IMG/VR virus record: IMGVR_UViG_3300028027_000057
Location: 1 to 64,000 of that record
Direction: 5' to 3' (one strand)
Length of the DNA: 64,000 nucleotides
Origin: a virus
Both the position numbers and the translations under genes were made by a program. The notes under the pieces are model-generated. The model had not been told where the DNA came from. It was given only the letters and a program-made list of their open reading frames with translations, and made no database searches. Positions 33,850 to 44,798 of the stretch are shown in pieces (positions within the stretch are counted from its first letter, which is position 1; every line of letters starts with the position of its first letter).

Positions 33850-34230
33850 CTACCTGCCTAGGTATTTTTTCATTGTTGCAGCAATTGCTTTTTTCTTCAT
33901 TTCTAAATCTACTAGATTTTGTTCAGAACTTTGTACCGCTTTTTGTGCAGCCGGTTGCATATCTTCATCTGGATCATATACGTCATTTAATTCGTCAAGT
34001 TTCATTTCGCCAGAATCATCAATCTCGTGCTCAACTTCTGGTTCATCCATCTCATGACTAACTGCTTTCTTAATCCCAGCTTTAATTTGAGCTGGAACAG
34101 AATAAGGCTTCTCTGGATTTTCAACGCTATATTTTAAATCATCGTCAATATCCTCACCTTGTACTTCTGCTGCGCTAACAGAATTAGGACGACTTAACAT
34201 TTCTAAGAATTTCTTTTTATCAATAGCCAT
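33850..34230 (-). CDS. Acidic hypothetical protein
   Basis: ORF in the late operon. Confidence 0.55.
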   Translation of the reverse strand: MAIDKKKFLEMLSRPNSVSAAEVQGEDIDDDLKYSVENPEKPYSVPAQIKAGIKKAVSHEMDEPEVEHEIDDSGEMKLDELNDVYDPDEDMQPAAQKAVQSSEQNLVDLEMKKKAIAATMKKYLGR

Positions 34231-34231
34231 A

Positions 34232-35230
34232 TTATGCCTTTTTTAATCCCTTAAGTGCTTCAGTTAGTTTATCATTATCTTGTTTTTGTCCATATGCAGC
34301 AACTCCCGATCCAACTGCTGATCCCATTGCTCCATAAGAAGCAGCCGTATTCTGAGCTTGTTGTCCGTAGTAATTAGCTTGTCCTGTCAGAGCATTAGCT
34401 TTGGCAGAAGCTAATCCTAGCTTATCTTGGAAGTAATCACGCTGAGCTTGACTTTGTCTCTGAGTTTCAGCGTTTTTCATTGCATTATTAGCATCGGCAA
34501 TACGTTGTTGTTCTTGTAGATTAGATTGTTGAGCTGAGTTTAAAGCACCAACATTCTGTCTTTGTCTTTCAATTGAATTCTGAGCAAGGAACTTATTGCG
34601 TTCATCTTTAGCTCTAGCAATTTCAGAAGCTTGGTTGTAATCAGTATTTCTCATTTCACCAGCCATACGACCATACTGTTCAATAGCATTTCTACGAGCA
34701 CTACTAGCATTAGCCATAAGTGAATCGCTTTGCTGAGAAGCTAGTTCTGCTGCTTGTTGTCCAGCACCAAGCTGAGCTATAAGAGATGCACCTGATCCGC
34801 CCATACCTTGAGCTTGCATCTGTTGTAGTATTTGTTGACGTTTAGCTTCAGCGTCGCGCTGTGTAGCTTGTCTAACTTGATTTAAAGCGGCTCTATCTTC
34901 TGCTCCCATCCCGACTTTACCGAGATTACCTAAAAGACCTAGGGCTTTCATTTGTGCTGTTTTAGAATCAGGAGAAAGGATTAGATTACCCATCTCAGAT
35001 TCAGCCACATTAATCTCTTCTTCAAGGTCTGGAGTGTATATACCAGCTTTCTGAAATTCTTGTAAGATTAGAGCTTTAGATAAATCAGGAGGAGTGCCGG
35101 CTTTCTCTAGCTCAGCCATCGCTTGTTTCATTGCTTTTTTCTGAGACTCTTTATCTCCCTTAGCCATGTAGTTACCTACAAGACCTCCAACTATCGGGGC
35201 AGCAACAGCTGCGGCGGCTAACCAAGGCAT
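34232..35230 (-). CDS. DNA ejection/pilot-like protein (332 aa)
   Basis: MPWLAAAAVAAPIVGGLVG N-terminus; Q/A-rich coiled coil; Gly-rich C-terminus. Confidence 0.6.
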   Translation of the reverse strand: MPWLAAAAVAAPIVGGLVGNYMAKGDKESQKKAMKQAMAELEKAGTPPDLSKALILQEFQKAGIYTPDLEEEINVAESEMGNLILSPDSKTAQMKALGLLGNLGKVGMGAEDRAALNQVRQATQRDAEAKRQQILQQMQAQGMGGSGASLIAQLGAGQQAAELASQQSDSLMANASSARRNAIEQYGRMAGEMRNTDYNQASEIARAKDERNKFLAQNSIERQRQNVGALNSAQQSNLQEQQRIADANNAMKNAETQRQSQAQRDYFQDKLGLASAKANALTGQANYYGQQAQNTAASYGAMGSAVGSGVAAYGQKQDNDKLTEALKGLKKA

Positions 35231-35622
35231 ATATTCTCCTGTCTAAATACTATATAAGTTGTTATTTTATCGTCCTTTGTGATAGTTCCAATCGAAGAAA
35301 GGAACTTTATAGCTTTTTTATTGCTAGAATGTATATAAGCCATGAATATATCAGGCATAAGTCTTTTTAAATCTGCAATAAACAAAGCTTTTCCTGCTTT
35401 ATTCCTAAATTCAGGCTTAATAAAGAACCCGGCTAATCTGATAATAAGATCATCTCGGTTAATTGCAATATAGCCATATTCAGTATTATGGAGTTCTAAG
35501 TCTTTAATCCCATTCCAAGAATCTTCTACACATTGCTCAACCGACCAATTACTATTTCCATGATATATAGAAACAAATTCATTATCCAGTGAGTATAAGT
35601 TAAGAAGGTCTAGTTTTGTCAC
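35218..35622 (-). CDS. GNAT-fold protein of the virion module
   Basis: FFIKPEFR..G and N.KAIKFL. Confidence 0.55.
   Translation of the reverse strand: MTKLDLLNLYSLDNEFVSIYHGNSNWSVEQCVEDSWNGIKDLELHNTEYGYIAINRDDLIIRLAGFFIKPEFRNKAGKALFIADLKRLMPDIFMAYIHSSNKKAIKFLSSIGTITKDDKITTYIVFRQENICLG
35257..35264 (-). promoter_or_regulatory. TAACAACT candidate late-promoter motif
   Basis: About 26 nt upstream of ATG 35230; recurs at 38182, 45216, 54774, 56598 and 57964. Confidence 0.6.
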
Positions 35623-38162
35623 TAGTTACCTTGTTCTCTTTTAATCGCGGCATTATAATACCTAAGAAGTTCATTCATCATTATGCCTCCCTCTACTTTA
35701 CCTTTGTTTCCAATTGCACTAGTAGCAGCTATCTGAGGCTGACTCAACATTTGATTAAGGATATCTTGACTAGATTTATTAGCAAATGACCCAATTTGGA
35801 CTCTTTGACCAGTTGCATTGTCTAAAGTGCCCAATTCCCAAGGCTGCCAGTTCCCCGTCTTTCCGCCGTATAGAGCAGTAGAAACTGACTTACTTACATT
35901 AGTAATACCTTTTCCAACTTCATTACCAACGTTCTTATATAGGTTCTTAACTGCATCTGCTCCAGATAACTTAGCAAAAGCTTGATCCAAACGTCCAGTT
36001 TGAGTGAGGTCTCTCAACCCTCCAGCCATGTTCATTCCCTCTTTAGTAAGTTCTCCGAGTCCTTTCGCTTTAAGGTCTTGATATCCAGTTAATAGTTTTC
36101 CAATTTGCTGCCCAGCGGCGCTATTACCAATCTTATTATTCATTAATGCTTTTAATATAGCGTTTTCGCCTTGTAATCCCATATTCATTGCCCCAGATAC
36201 AGCTTGAACTCCCCCTTCTGCCATTCTAGCAGTAGAGTCTCCACCAGTTAAAAGGTCGCCACCAAGAGCCCCTCCGACTATATAATTTGGGTCTGTCAAA
36301 TTACTAAGAGCAGTCCCTGCTGTTTGTGATATCCCACCGATAGTTTGTTGTAAAGGATTTAGCCCAAGTTGCTGCAATTTAGCGACATAAGCTGGGTCTT
36401 TCATTTTCTCGGCTTCAGTTTTAGCAATATAATCTTTTAAACTAGCAACGTCGAAGCTATTCTTACCAGCTTGAAACTGATCTTGTCCAGCTCCAAACTC
36501 TACATCCGGTCCAACTTTCCCAGAGAGTCTATCCATTGCAGATATGATGCCTTCCTGTCCGCCTGTAGCAGCCGCACGACGGTCAATACCTTGAGCCGCT
36601 ATACTCTTAAGTCTTTCACCTAAAAGAGCGTTAGGATCAAGCCCAGCGGCTTGAGCGCGTTGTACAAGTCCACCTTGTCCAACTAGATCGTCTGCCTCTT
36701 GAGGAGAAAGGTATCCAGAATCCATCGCACTTTGTAATGCAACACCCATACGAGTCGTAGGGTCCATACCGGCAACTCTAGGATCAGTTCCAGATAACAT
36801 ACCTTGTAATGATTCAAAGTCTTTTTGTCTTCCAGTTTCAGAACCTTGTAATGCTCTCACCTGTTCGTCAACTTGACTGGAAATGACTCCACGTTTATCT
36901 GCAATTTGCTTTTGAGTCTCTTGACCAAACTGTTTAGCCTTTCCGACTAAGTCTTGAGCCTGTGCGCCAGCTAATTTATTAGCCGAGGAAACACTCTGCT
37001 CTGAACCACGAACTGATTTAGCTGCTTTTGATAGGAGAGATGTTTTATCTTGTCCTAAAATAGCTTCATCTAATCCACGTTGACCCTGAGTATAGTCCCG
37101 ACCACCGACAAATTGCTTCAATAATTCTTGACGACCTCCAGTAGATCGAGCTAATCCACCGAGTTGTTCAGTTTGTTGTGCTTTTCCTAGGAGAGTTTGG
37201 AAATCACCAAGCTCTTTAGGTCCAGTATATGCCCCACTTTGGAGAGTAGTAAAGTCTTTGATCTCTGATTCAGTCGGAGCATTCTCAGCCATGAGCCTTT
37301 CAGTTTCAGACTTCATATACTGAGATTTCTCAGCACTAGTCATCTCGCCATACTGAGTTTCAAGCTTAGCTAAGTTGTCTGCTGCTTGTTTTTGAGAGTA
37401 AGCAGACGCTGCTTGTAACGCTGCCTCTACTCCACCCAATGATTGAATAGAAGCATTGTATGCTCTACCGGCTCCGTAGTTTGCCATATTGTTTATTACA
37501 GCAGAATCTATCCTGCTTCCAGCGCCCATGCCGTCAAAACTAAAGTTCCAATACCCAGCGTTAGGGTCTGTTTTTCTTTGTTCTAGAATATCAGCAACTC
37601 GTTTTTGTTCAGCGGCATTTAACCCAGCTAGGTTAGCTCTATCCGAGGCTAATTTATCCTGTACCAATTTCAGTTGTGCAGCTTGTTGTGCTTTCTGTTT
37701 ATCAGCTTCAGCTTGTTGAGCAGTTTTATTCTGCTCATACTGAGACTGTAATCCACCGCTTACTTTAAATTTAGATTCATCTGGTTTATATGTAGAAGCA
37801 TCAAATCTACCTAAAACGCTAGCTCTTTTTGCAGCATTAGCTTGGGTATCTACTCTAGCTTTATCTGCGTCAGTTTGAAATGTAGCTTGAGATTGTCTAA
37901 CGCCGGACTGTAGATTCTGTCCAGCTTGAGTTACTCCACCAGCAACTGACTGTCCAAGTTGATTACCTTGGTTAGCTTGCATAATACGATTAAGATTAGT
38001 GAAGCCAGTCCCTTTCTTTTGGGGCTGTTTTTGTTGAACTTGATTAAGTGGGATAGTAGTATTGACTCCAGCCGGAGGAGTTGACTGAACTGAAACAGGT
38101 CCAACTGGTTCAACTGGACCGGTTACTACTTTTTTCTTTTCATCTTCTGGGAGTAATGACAT
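35622..38162 (-). CDS. Q/A/G-rich internal virion protein (846 aa)
   Basis: GTGFTNL....AN motif; coiled coils. Confidence 0.55.
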   Translation of the reverse strand: MSLLPEDEKKKVVTGPVEPVGPVSVQSTPPAGVNTTIPLNQVQQKQPQKKGTGFTNLNRIMQANQGNQLGQSVAGGVTQAGQNLQSGVRQSQATFQTDADKARVDTQANAAKRASVLGRFDASTYKPDESKFKVSGGLQSQYEQNKTAQQAEADKQKAQQAAQLKLVQDKLASDRANLAGLNAAEQKRVADILEQRKTDPNAGYWNFSFDGMGAGSRIDSAVINNMANYGAGRAYNASIQSLGGVEAALQAASAYSQKQAADNLAKLETQYGEMTSAEKSQYMKSETERLMAENAPTESEIKDFTTLQSGAYTGPKELGDFQTLLGKAQQTEQLGGLARSTGGRQELLKQFVGGRDYTQGQRGLDEAILGQDKTSLLSKAAKSVRGSEQSVSSANKLAGAQAQDLVGKAKQFGQETQKQIADKRGVISSQVDEQVRALQGSETGRQKDFESLQGMLSGTDPRVAGMDPTTRMGVALQSAMDSGYLSPQEADDLVGQGGLVQRAQAAGLDPNALLGERLKSIAAQGIDRRAAATGGQEGIISAMDRLSGKVGPDVEFGAGQDQFQAGKNSFDVASLKDYIAKTEAEKMKDPAYVAKLQQLGLNPLQQTIGGISQTAGTALSNLTDPNYIVGGALGGDLLTGGDSTARMAEGGVQAVSGAMNMGLQGENAILKALMNNKIGNSAAGQQIGKLLTGYQDLKAKGLGELTKEGMNMAGGLRDLTQTGRLDQAFAKLSGADAVKNLYKNVGNEVGKGITNVSKSVSTALYGGKTGNWQPWELGTLDNATGQRVQIGSFANKSSQDILNQMLSQPQIAATSAIGNKGKVEGGIMMNELLRYYNAAIKREQGN

Positions 38163-38181
38163 TTGTACCTCTAGTACGAAT

Positions 38182-38189
38182 AGTTGTTA
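38182..38189 (-). promoter_or_regulatory. TAACAACT candidate late-promoter motif
   Basis: 19 nt upstream of ATG 38162; overlaps the upstream stop codon. Confidence 0.6.
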
Positions 38190-38603
38190 ACCTAAGTATG
38201 CAACTATTCTAATCCTATATCTTTGATTTGCTTGTAACCCTGTAATATTATTAATAACAAGAGATGTATTATTCTGCGTAAAGCTAACAAACGGCTGTCC
38301 CGTAGGATAAATCGCTGTATTTACTTGATTAGCAGCGTAAATTACCTGACATCCAATAACTTGTCCCTGTTTGTCCAAGTTAAAGCTTGTAGTTGAAGTC
38401 GGGTTTCCAGAAGCATCTACTGTAATATCTAAGTCCTTAACCGAACAATAGACATTATCTCGAAGTCCTAATCTACCCGCAACGGCAAAGTACAAAGCAT
38501 TAAACCCATCGTTGATAGGAAATGCAAGCTGTTCAACAAGTTGTTTATTATCATCGTTAAAGTCGCTAGTAATAATACGTTTGTATGTTGCTAATTTAGT
38601 CAT
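38187..38603 (-). CDS. Tail-associated structural protein
   Basis: Directly follows the large tail gene; beta-rich C-terminus. Confidence 0.45.
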   Translation of the reverse strand: MTKLATYKRIITSDFNDDNKQLVEQLAFPINDGFNALYFAVAGRLGLRDNVYCSVKDLDITVDASGNPTSTTSFNLDKQGQVIGCQVIYAANQVNTAIYPTGQPFVSFTQNNTSLVINNITGLQANQRYRIRIVAYLG

Positions 38604-41600
38604 TATCTGTAACCTCTAGTAGACTGACCAATCTCGCCGGTCAAAGTACATCCAGTTATCTTAAAATCTTCTCTAGCGATCTTATGTGAAAAACGAATTA
38701 ACATATAACGACATCTTTGACATTGTCTTGGTATATAAGTACGGAACGGAGCCGAGTTGCCCATCCCACCAAAGAACCCTGTTCCAAAGTTGCTATGTCC
38801 AAAAATACCATTACCTTCTAAAGTGAATGTAACTGGTATAAATTCTGGCAATAAATCTGTTGCAAATGATAAAGTCCCGCCGCTAAATGTTCTTGTTTCA
38901 AACATCATAGTAGCTTCTCTAAGATGCTTTAACATCAAAGGATCGCCCATTGTAACAGGAGAATAAGTAATGATTGATTCAAATGCTTTAAATATAGTAA
39001 TCCCGCCAACCAAATACTGGAGAGATAAGTTTAAAGTAACTTGTTTTGTAATAGTATTGATAGCAGTAATTACAGTTTCTTGTGTAGTATTATTATCAAT
39101 AATCTTATAGTTATTAAATGAAACCCCAGTATCGCTATTCAATGTTACACAAACATAGTTATAACAAGCTTTAATATCTTCAAAGTTTGTATCTAATGTC
39201 TGGAAGTTACCAGCAGTTCCCGCTACCTTAACTGTAGTTGGAATAGAGAATGTATTAGCATCAATAACAGTAACCAAATGAGTTCCATTAATTGAAGGAA
39301 CTGAGTTACTACTATCTATCAATATAACACGATTAGTTAATAACCCATGTCCAACAGAGGTTATAATAGTAACAGGAGCATCAGTATTTGCACTAATAAC
39401 CCCAGTCTTATTACCAATCTTACTAGCGAACTGAGTATATGTCACCCCAGTATCAGAATCTAGCTTAGTAGCAAGACCTTCTAACTGAACCCTGGGACTT
39501 GCTCCTGTAACTAACTGAAGTGTTGCTAGATAGTTAGTGTAAGTAACACCGCTGTCACTATCTAGTTTGTTCAATAGGGTATTAAATTGATCAGTTGTAA
39601 TCGTTTGATCTTGAATTAAACAATCCCCAACCGCTAAACCAGTAACGCTAGCTAGTAATAGCTTATTACCGATTAATTTATTTGGTGAGATCACAGAAGT
39701 AATTTCTCTATCTGCGTAATCCAATCTACTAAATGTTTTTCTTTCTTGTTCAATATAAGGAACATCAGTAGCAGCTAGATATAGTTTATCATCCGAAGGG
39801 TTGATAGTTCCAGCGTTGTGTGCTAAGTCTAATGTAGTCCAGCTATTAGTAAGAGTTGAGTATCTATACGCAATAGTTGCGGTTTCATCAGACTCTACAC
39901 TAACTGTGTATGCTGTATACGAATTATCGGACTCATATCCAATACCCCATGTTGCAGTTTTAAAACTAGGGTAGTTAGATGATTGAGTTCTTAATATAAT
40001 ATTATCAATACTTCTAGAGATAATTGAAGCCCCGCCTTCTGTCAAACTTTGAATCCCTTGAGTTGTCCAAGCATAGATTACATTGTTACAAACAGTGGCG
40101 CTATCTGGAGCCAGAAGGTTAAATGAAATATCAAATAACTCAAGCTGGAAAGGAGCAACCTCACCAGAAATACGATATAGACCATCTTCTTTAAATACAA
40201 AAAGAGAGTTACGTAATGTAATAACACGAAGGATTGCTTTATCAGCTGACCCTACATCGAAATAATTAACTAGAGGAACAGCTTCAGGTTGTTGAAATTT
40301 AGAGTAATATACTCTATTTATCTTTTCTTCATTCTCTGAAAATACAGAATTAGCCGATTTAATAAAAGAACCAGCAGTTCCAGCTGTTGCAATATAAGCA
40401 TGGTCTAGGGTAAATGTATTAAGCCCAGTGACGGTTACTTGTTGTAATCCATCAATAACTGGAAAAGTATTACTAGCGGTAATTACAATCAGATCACCCG
40501 AAGTTAATCCGTGTGCAGCTGAAGTAGTTACACTTGGAGTTAATCCAGTACCAGTTGAAGAGATATATGTTTCAGGTCCAATATCTGGGTTAAATGAAAT
40601 ACCAGTGGCATCATTATTTCCCACAACATAGAACTTCTCAGTAGCTTCTAAGCTTCTTGATTCAAGAGACATTTTGCCCGGAACGTCAAAAGTAGAAGAG
40701 ATATAATAAGCATAGATCGTCTCTTCTGGGTTCTTATTGATAACTCGAACAAAACTTCTAGCGGTTTCATCGACCGCGCGAGAAGGAGAAACCAGAGGAG
40801 AAAGCAATACTTCTAATGCCCCAAGCTGAGTTGTAGATACTAGAAATCCAGCATTAACTACGTTTTCAGAAGCAGCAGTACATCTACCAAATTGTTTATT
40901 AGTGACAGTCAGAGTTGCAACATTAGCTGCAACTAAGAAATCTCCAGTTATCTCTAATTGAGCTTGTATTAAAGCTGCCATTTGAGTTGGAGTTTCAGTC
41001 CCAGCTACAATAACTTTAAGCGCAGCGTACCCAGAAAAAGCAGGATCAGTGGATGTTCCAGAACTAAACCAAACGTAATATCTACGTTGATCGTTTGTTG
41101 AATTGATTTTAAATGAATCAGAAACCCCAGAGCTTAAATAACTAGCTCCAGCAACTGCTGTTACTGAAGTTATCTGTGGTCTAACTGCTTCTCCTACACC
41201 AGATATTGTTGTAGTAAAAGGAGTGAATCCACTAGTTTGAGCCGAAGCAGGAGTTACATACCCCACGTTTAAATTTTGGATTGTAAGTTTTGCAGTTGCT
41301 CTAGTTATAATGAAATCTCGAATATATGTAACGATCTTATTATATGTAGCAATTGCAACTTCCGTTGCAGTATTAGCAGTAGTAACAGCAACTTGAATTC
41401 CAGTTCTACCAGCAATAGCCGGATCAACACTAGCTCCAGTATTATACCATACGTAATAGTCAACGTCTGTTGAGCTGATAAACCAGTACTTGCCGCCCAG
41501 AGTAGTTCCAGCAATAGCCGTAACTTCTACTGTTTGTTGAGCACCTAGAATAAACTTATATATGTTATCTACTGTGCCATTTGTAATAGTTACAGTTGGA

Positions 41601-43564
41601 ATAATACTATTATTATAATCAGCAATCATTTGAGTAACGCCGAGTAAGTTCAAGTCCATACGTTGTCTAGTTCTAGTATTGGCATAGAACACGCTATTAC
41701 GGTATCTGGTAACGTCTTTAGCGAAAGGGGGCTGCTCATTAGCCGCGAGAATTCCTTCTCCGGTTGAAGCATTTGTGTATAGATTAGCCCCACGGAAAGC
41801 ATCCGGGGTAATGTCTTCAAAAACTATAAAGCCGCTAGAAGTTTCAGCAGTTGTAGGATAAGCTTCGTATACTAACTGCAATTCATCGGATGGAAATACA
41901 TCGTCAAAAGTAGAAGCGCCGGTAGCCTGTGCTACAGAAGACCTATATACTTGGAAGAAGTAACTGCTATTAATTCCTTCTGGAATTGTAATAGTAAGTT
42001 CAGTTGTAACCGTTGTTGTAATATCTAAATCTGAAACCGCAACTTGGTCAGCCACTGAAATAACAGCGGGCAACTCACTAGAAAGCGCTAGAATAATGTC
42101 AGAAACATATGTCTGCATAGCCACTAGATCATCATTGGTAGCAGGGATAGAAGGAACGTCAGGGGCTGTAATTGCTCTATATGTATTAGAATTAATAGTA
42201 GCAGATGCTAAAGTAACTCCGCCAACTGCGCTAGTATTAAATGTAACCCATGCGCCAGCTGTAGGGTCTATAGTTACTACTTCCTGAGCACCGTCTAATG
42301 TACCAGAAGCAGCGGCAATACCTTCTTGAGTAGTCGAGGTAGTAATAACACTAGCTGGACTTAAAGTATTTACAGTTCCAGCAATAACTTGATTTAGATT
42401 ACCGTCACTAGATGGGAATGTTAAAGTCAATCCAGTTCCAGAAGTTACAGAACCAGTTACTACAACATTTGACATACCAGCAACTAAACGTAATGCGGTT
42501 TGGATTGTAGTATCGACTGCGTTCCAAGCGATATCAGCAGTTTCATTTGCTCCGTATTTTAATCTAAAGTTACCAGATGAAGGAGTGACTGAGAAGGAAA
42601 CTTTTTGTATTTCACTCTGAGCAACAGGACTAAATCCAGCCAAGAATACTTTAGAACCCGGGATGAAATAGTTCCTAGCATCTCCAGCACTAAAGTTTAT
42701 AGTACAAATCCCACTACTTATAGTAGAACTAGAGATATTAAGAGGAGCAGTAACCGCTTGATTTGCGTATAAAATGTCGTTATCTAATTTTGTAGATAAA
42801 GCAATCATACTAGATTGAATTTGTGTAGCAGATGCAGTTAAGTTAACTCCCAGCGTTTCTAGGTAGTTCTTATTATCTATTCTAGCTGTCGTAAGTGGGC
42901 TATTTGCAAACCCATCAAGTACACCTAATACTCGCATATAATCTTGAGCAAGTAGATCGATCATTGGATTACTGATAACTAGACGTTGAGAAGGTGAGCC
43001 CGGGATTAGATTATTATTCAAATCTTTATAAGCCCAAACAACTCTATAAGCAACAGCTGAATCTTGTGGGAACCATGCTGACTGTGAATTAACAGTATAT
43101 ACTACTTTACCAGTTAGATCAACTGCTTTAATAGCTCCAGCTGGAACAATAAAGTCTGGGCTAGTAGTAAAGTCATTAGCGCTTTTAGCTGAGATTTTCT
43201 TAATACCCTGTGATGTTGTAAAATATAAATTACCGTTAGATTCAACGAACTTCATACGAAGTCCCTCTACGGTCTCCGCAAAAGCTCCAGAAAAGCTTTG
43301 AAACTTGCCGCTACCATCTGAATCAAATTGAATAGTTTCGCCAAAATGACGCAAAATTCGATTACGATATGTAGTGAGTTGTTTTACTCTATCGCTAATA
43401 GTAGGGAGTTGATCACCGTATAATTTAATACCACGACGCTGTTCAATCATATTATCCCTACGGATAATTACATTGGACGCCTGTATAAGAGCACCATCTG
43501 GGCGATCTAGTTCGTTGCTTGACGTTTGAAGTCCGGAAGCTTTTAATATAACTGTGCTGGACAT
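38603..43564 (-). CDS. Giant tail nozzle/tubular protein B-like protein (1653 aa)
   Basis: N-terminal GL......P.GAL..A.NV...RRG; RVYYSK...PE, LFVFKED propeller-like motifs; position after the adaptor. Confidence 0.6.
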   Translation of the reverse strand: MSSTVILKASGLQTSSNELDRPDGALIQASNVIIRRDNMIEQRRGIKLYGDQLPTISDRVKQLTTYRNRILRHFGETIQFDSDGSGKFQSFSGAFAETVEGLRMKFVESNGNLYFTTSQGIKKISAKSANDFTTSPDFIVPAGAIKAVDLTGKVVYTVNSQSAWFPQDSAVAYRVVWAYKDLNNNLIPGSPSQRLVISNPMIDLLAQDYMRVLGVLDGFANSPLTTARIDNKNYLETLGVNLTASATQIQSSMIALSTKLDNDILYANQAVTAPLNISSSTISSGICTINFSAGDARNYFIPGSKVFLAGFSPVAQSEIQKVSFSVTPSSGNFRLKYGANETADIAWNAVDTTIQTALRLVAGMSNVVVTGSVTSGTGLTLTFPSSDGNLNQVIAGTVNTLSPASVITTSTTQEGIAAASGTLDGAQEVVTIDPTAGAWVTFNTSAVGGVTLASATINSNTYRAITAPDVPSIPATNDDLVAMQTYVSDIILALSSELPAVISVADQVAVSDLDITTTVTTELTITIPEGINSSYFFQVYRSSVAQATGASTFDDVFPSDELQLVYEAYPTTAETSSGFIVFEDITPDAFRGANLYTNASTGEGILAANEQPPFAKDVTRYRNSVFYANTRTRQRMDLNLLGVTQMIADYNNSIIPTVTITNGTVDNIYKFILGAQQTVEVTAIAGTTLGGKYWFISSTDVDYYVWYNTGASVDPAIAGRTGIQVAVTTANTATEVAIATYNKIVTYIRDFIITRATAKLTIQNLNVGYVTPASAQTSGFTPFTTTISGVGEAVRPQITSVTAVAGASYLSSGVSDSFKINSTNDQRRYYVWFSSGTSTDPAFSGYAALKVIVAGTETPTQMAALIQAQLEITGDFLVAANVATLTVTNKQFGRCTAASENVVNAGFLVSTTQLGALEVLLSPLVSPSRAVDETARSFVRVINKNPEETIYAYYISSTFDVPGKMSLESRSLEATEKFYVVGNNDATGISFNPDIGPETYISSTGTGLTPSVTTSAAHGLTSGDLIVITASNTFPVIDGLQQVTVTGLNTFTLDHAYIATAGTAGSFIKSANSVFSENEEKINRVYYSKFQQPEAVPLVNYFDVGSADKAILRVITLRNSLFVFKEDGLYRISGEVAPFQLELFDISFNLLAPDSATVCNNVIYAWTTQGIQSLTEGGASIISRSIDNIILRTQSSNYPSFKTATWGIGYESDNSYTAYTVSVESDETATIAYRYSTLTNSWTTLDLAHNAGTINPSDDKLYLAATDVPYIEQERKTFSRLDYADREITSVISPNKLIGNKLLLASVTGLAVGDCLIQDQTITTDQFNTLLNKLDSDSGVTYTNYLATLQLVTGASPRVQLEGLATKLDSDTGVTYTQFASKIGNKTGVISANTDAPVTIITSVGHGLLTNRVILIDSSNSVPSINGTHLVTVIDANTFSIPTTVKVAGTAGNFQTLDTNFEDIKACYNYVCVTLNSDTGVSFNNYKIIDNNTTQETVITAINTITKQVTLNLSLQYLVGGITIFKAFESIITYSPVTMGDPLMLKHLREATMMFETRTFSGGTLSFATDLLPEFIPVTFTLEGNGIFGHSNFGTGFFGGMGNSAPFRTYIPRQCQRCRYMLIRFSHKIAREDFKITGCTLTGEIGQSTRGYR

Positions 43565-43579
43565 TTAAATCCTTTATTA

Positions 43580-44785
43580 TTAACCGCGGCGACCAAATCG
43601 AATACGAGAAGATCGAAGTAATCCAGTCCTGTTTAGAACCTTCATTGGAGAACCTTCAACTCGACTATCTAGAATGGTAGCCTGTTTGCTTTCTAAATTA
43701 GCAATCTTAGTGTTTGCCGCTTGAAGTCCTTCTTTATCACCCAAAGACTCTAGAATTCTAGCACAAGTTCTTTCTGCTAGAAGATTATGTAAGTCAGTTG
43801 GAACTTGAGGGACAATACATTCATATTGAGAACAAATATAATCACCAACAACAAAGTCGGAAGGTAATTGAGATTCTGCTAAAGTTATAGAAGTCGGACT
43901 GACTGAGTTTGAAGCAAGTAATACATCAAATGCCAATGTAGAATGTCCGCCATCTGTTTGTAAAAGATCAACAAGTCCACCAGCCACAATACCAGAAGGC
44001 ATTGTTGTAGTATTAATAGTGATAGAAGCTTGAATAGCAAATCCAGCTACATTTGACGTAGAGAATACTAATCCTCTAGTTGAATATGCAACTGAGACAA
44101 TATTATTAGACACACTAGATGCTAGATTATGATCAGTTAATGTACCAATATAAGAAGATAGATTAGCAGCAGTTGCAGCACTATTAGCACCTATTGCAAA
44201 GTCAATACCAGCAGTTGTAACATGAGTTCCAATTACAATGGTATTACCAGAAGCAATCGTTGTATTATCTACTACAATTGTCTTAGTGAATGATGTACAA
44301 ATTGCAGCTTGATCATCGGTAACCAAAGAGTTAGGACGCAAGTAATAAGAGAATACTAGATTCCCCGTTGCATTTTGTGTAACTTCTGGAGTAATAACTA
44401 AGGTATTATTCTGTAAGTAATAGTGAATAGGAATCGGCGTTGTATTTGAATTGACTTCAAAGAACGATCTATCATCTGGATTGATCCTAGACATCTGAAC
44501 TAATTGTCCACTAAGGTCTCTATAAAACACATCACGCAACTTCATACCGATCGCTCGATTTGGAATTGGATATCGCGACTGCTTAGGAATCATAGGAACG
44601 TTCTGAGAGAACACTAAGTATTCTTCATGATATTGCAATATACTAGGAACCTGTTCTAGGAACATTTCCTCATTAGCAAATGCTAAAATATCATTGTCAG
44701 CGAACGTAACTTGGGCTATAGGAATAGCCATTTTACGTTTAACCGCTTCAATTAATGAATTTGAAGTATAGTAAGGCTTGGCCAT
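43580..44785 (-). CDS. Head-tail adaptor/tail tubular A-like protein
   Basis: N-terminal helical segment, Y.IP..A..LRDV and P.D.H..L; position. Confidence 0.55.
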   Translation of the reverse strand: MAKPYYTSNSLIEAVKRKMAIPIAQVTFADNDILAFANEEMFLEQVPSILQYHEEYLVFSQNVPMIPKQSRYPIPNRAIGMKLRDVFYRDLSGQLVQMSRINPDDRSFFEVNSNTTPIPIHYYLQNNTLVITPEVTQNATGNLVFSYYLRPNSLVTDDQAAICTSFTKTIVVDNTTIASGNTIVIGTHVTTAGIDFAIGANSAATAANLSSYIGTLTDHNLASSVSNNIVSVAYSTRGLVFSTSNVAGFAIQASITINTTTMPSGIVAGGLVDLLQTDGGHSTLAFDVLLASNSVSPTSITLAESQLPSDFVVGDYICSQYECIVPQVPTDLHNLLAERTCARILESLGDKEGLQAANTKIANLESKQATILDSRVEGSPMKVLNRTGLLRSSRIRFGRRG

Positions 44786-44798
44786 TATAAGCTCCTAA

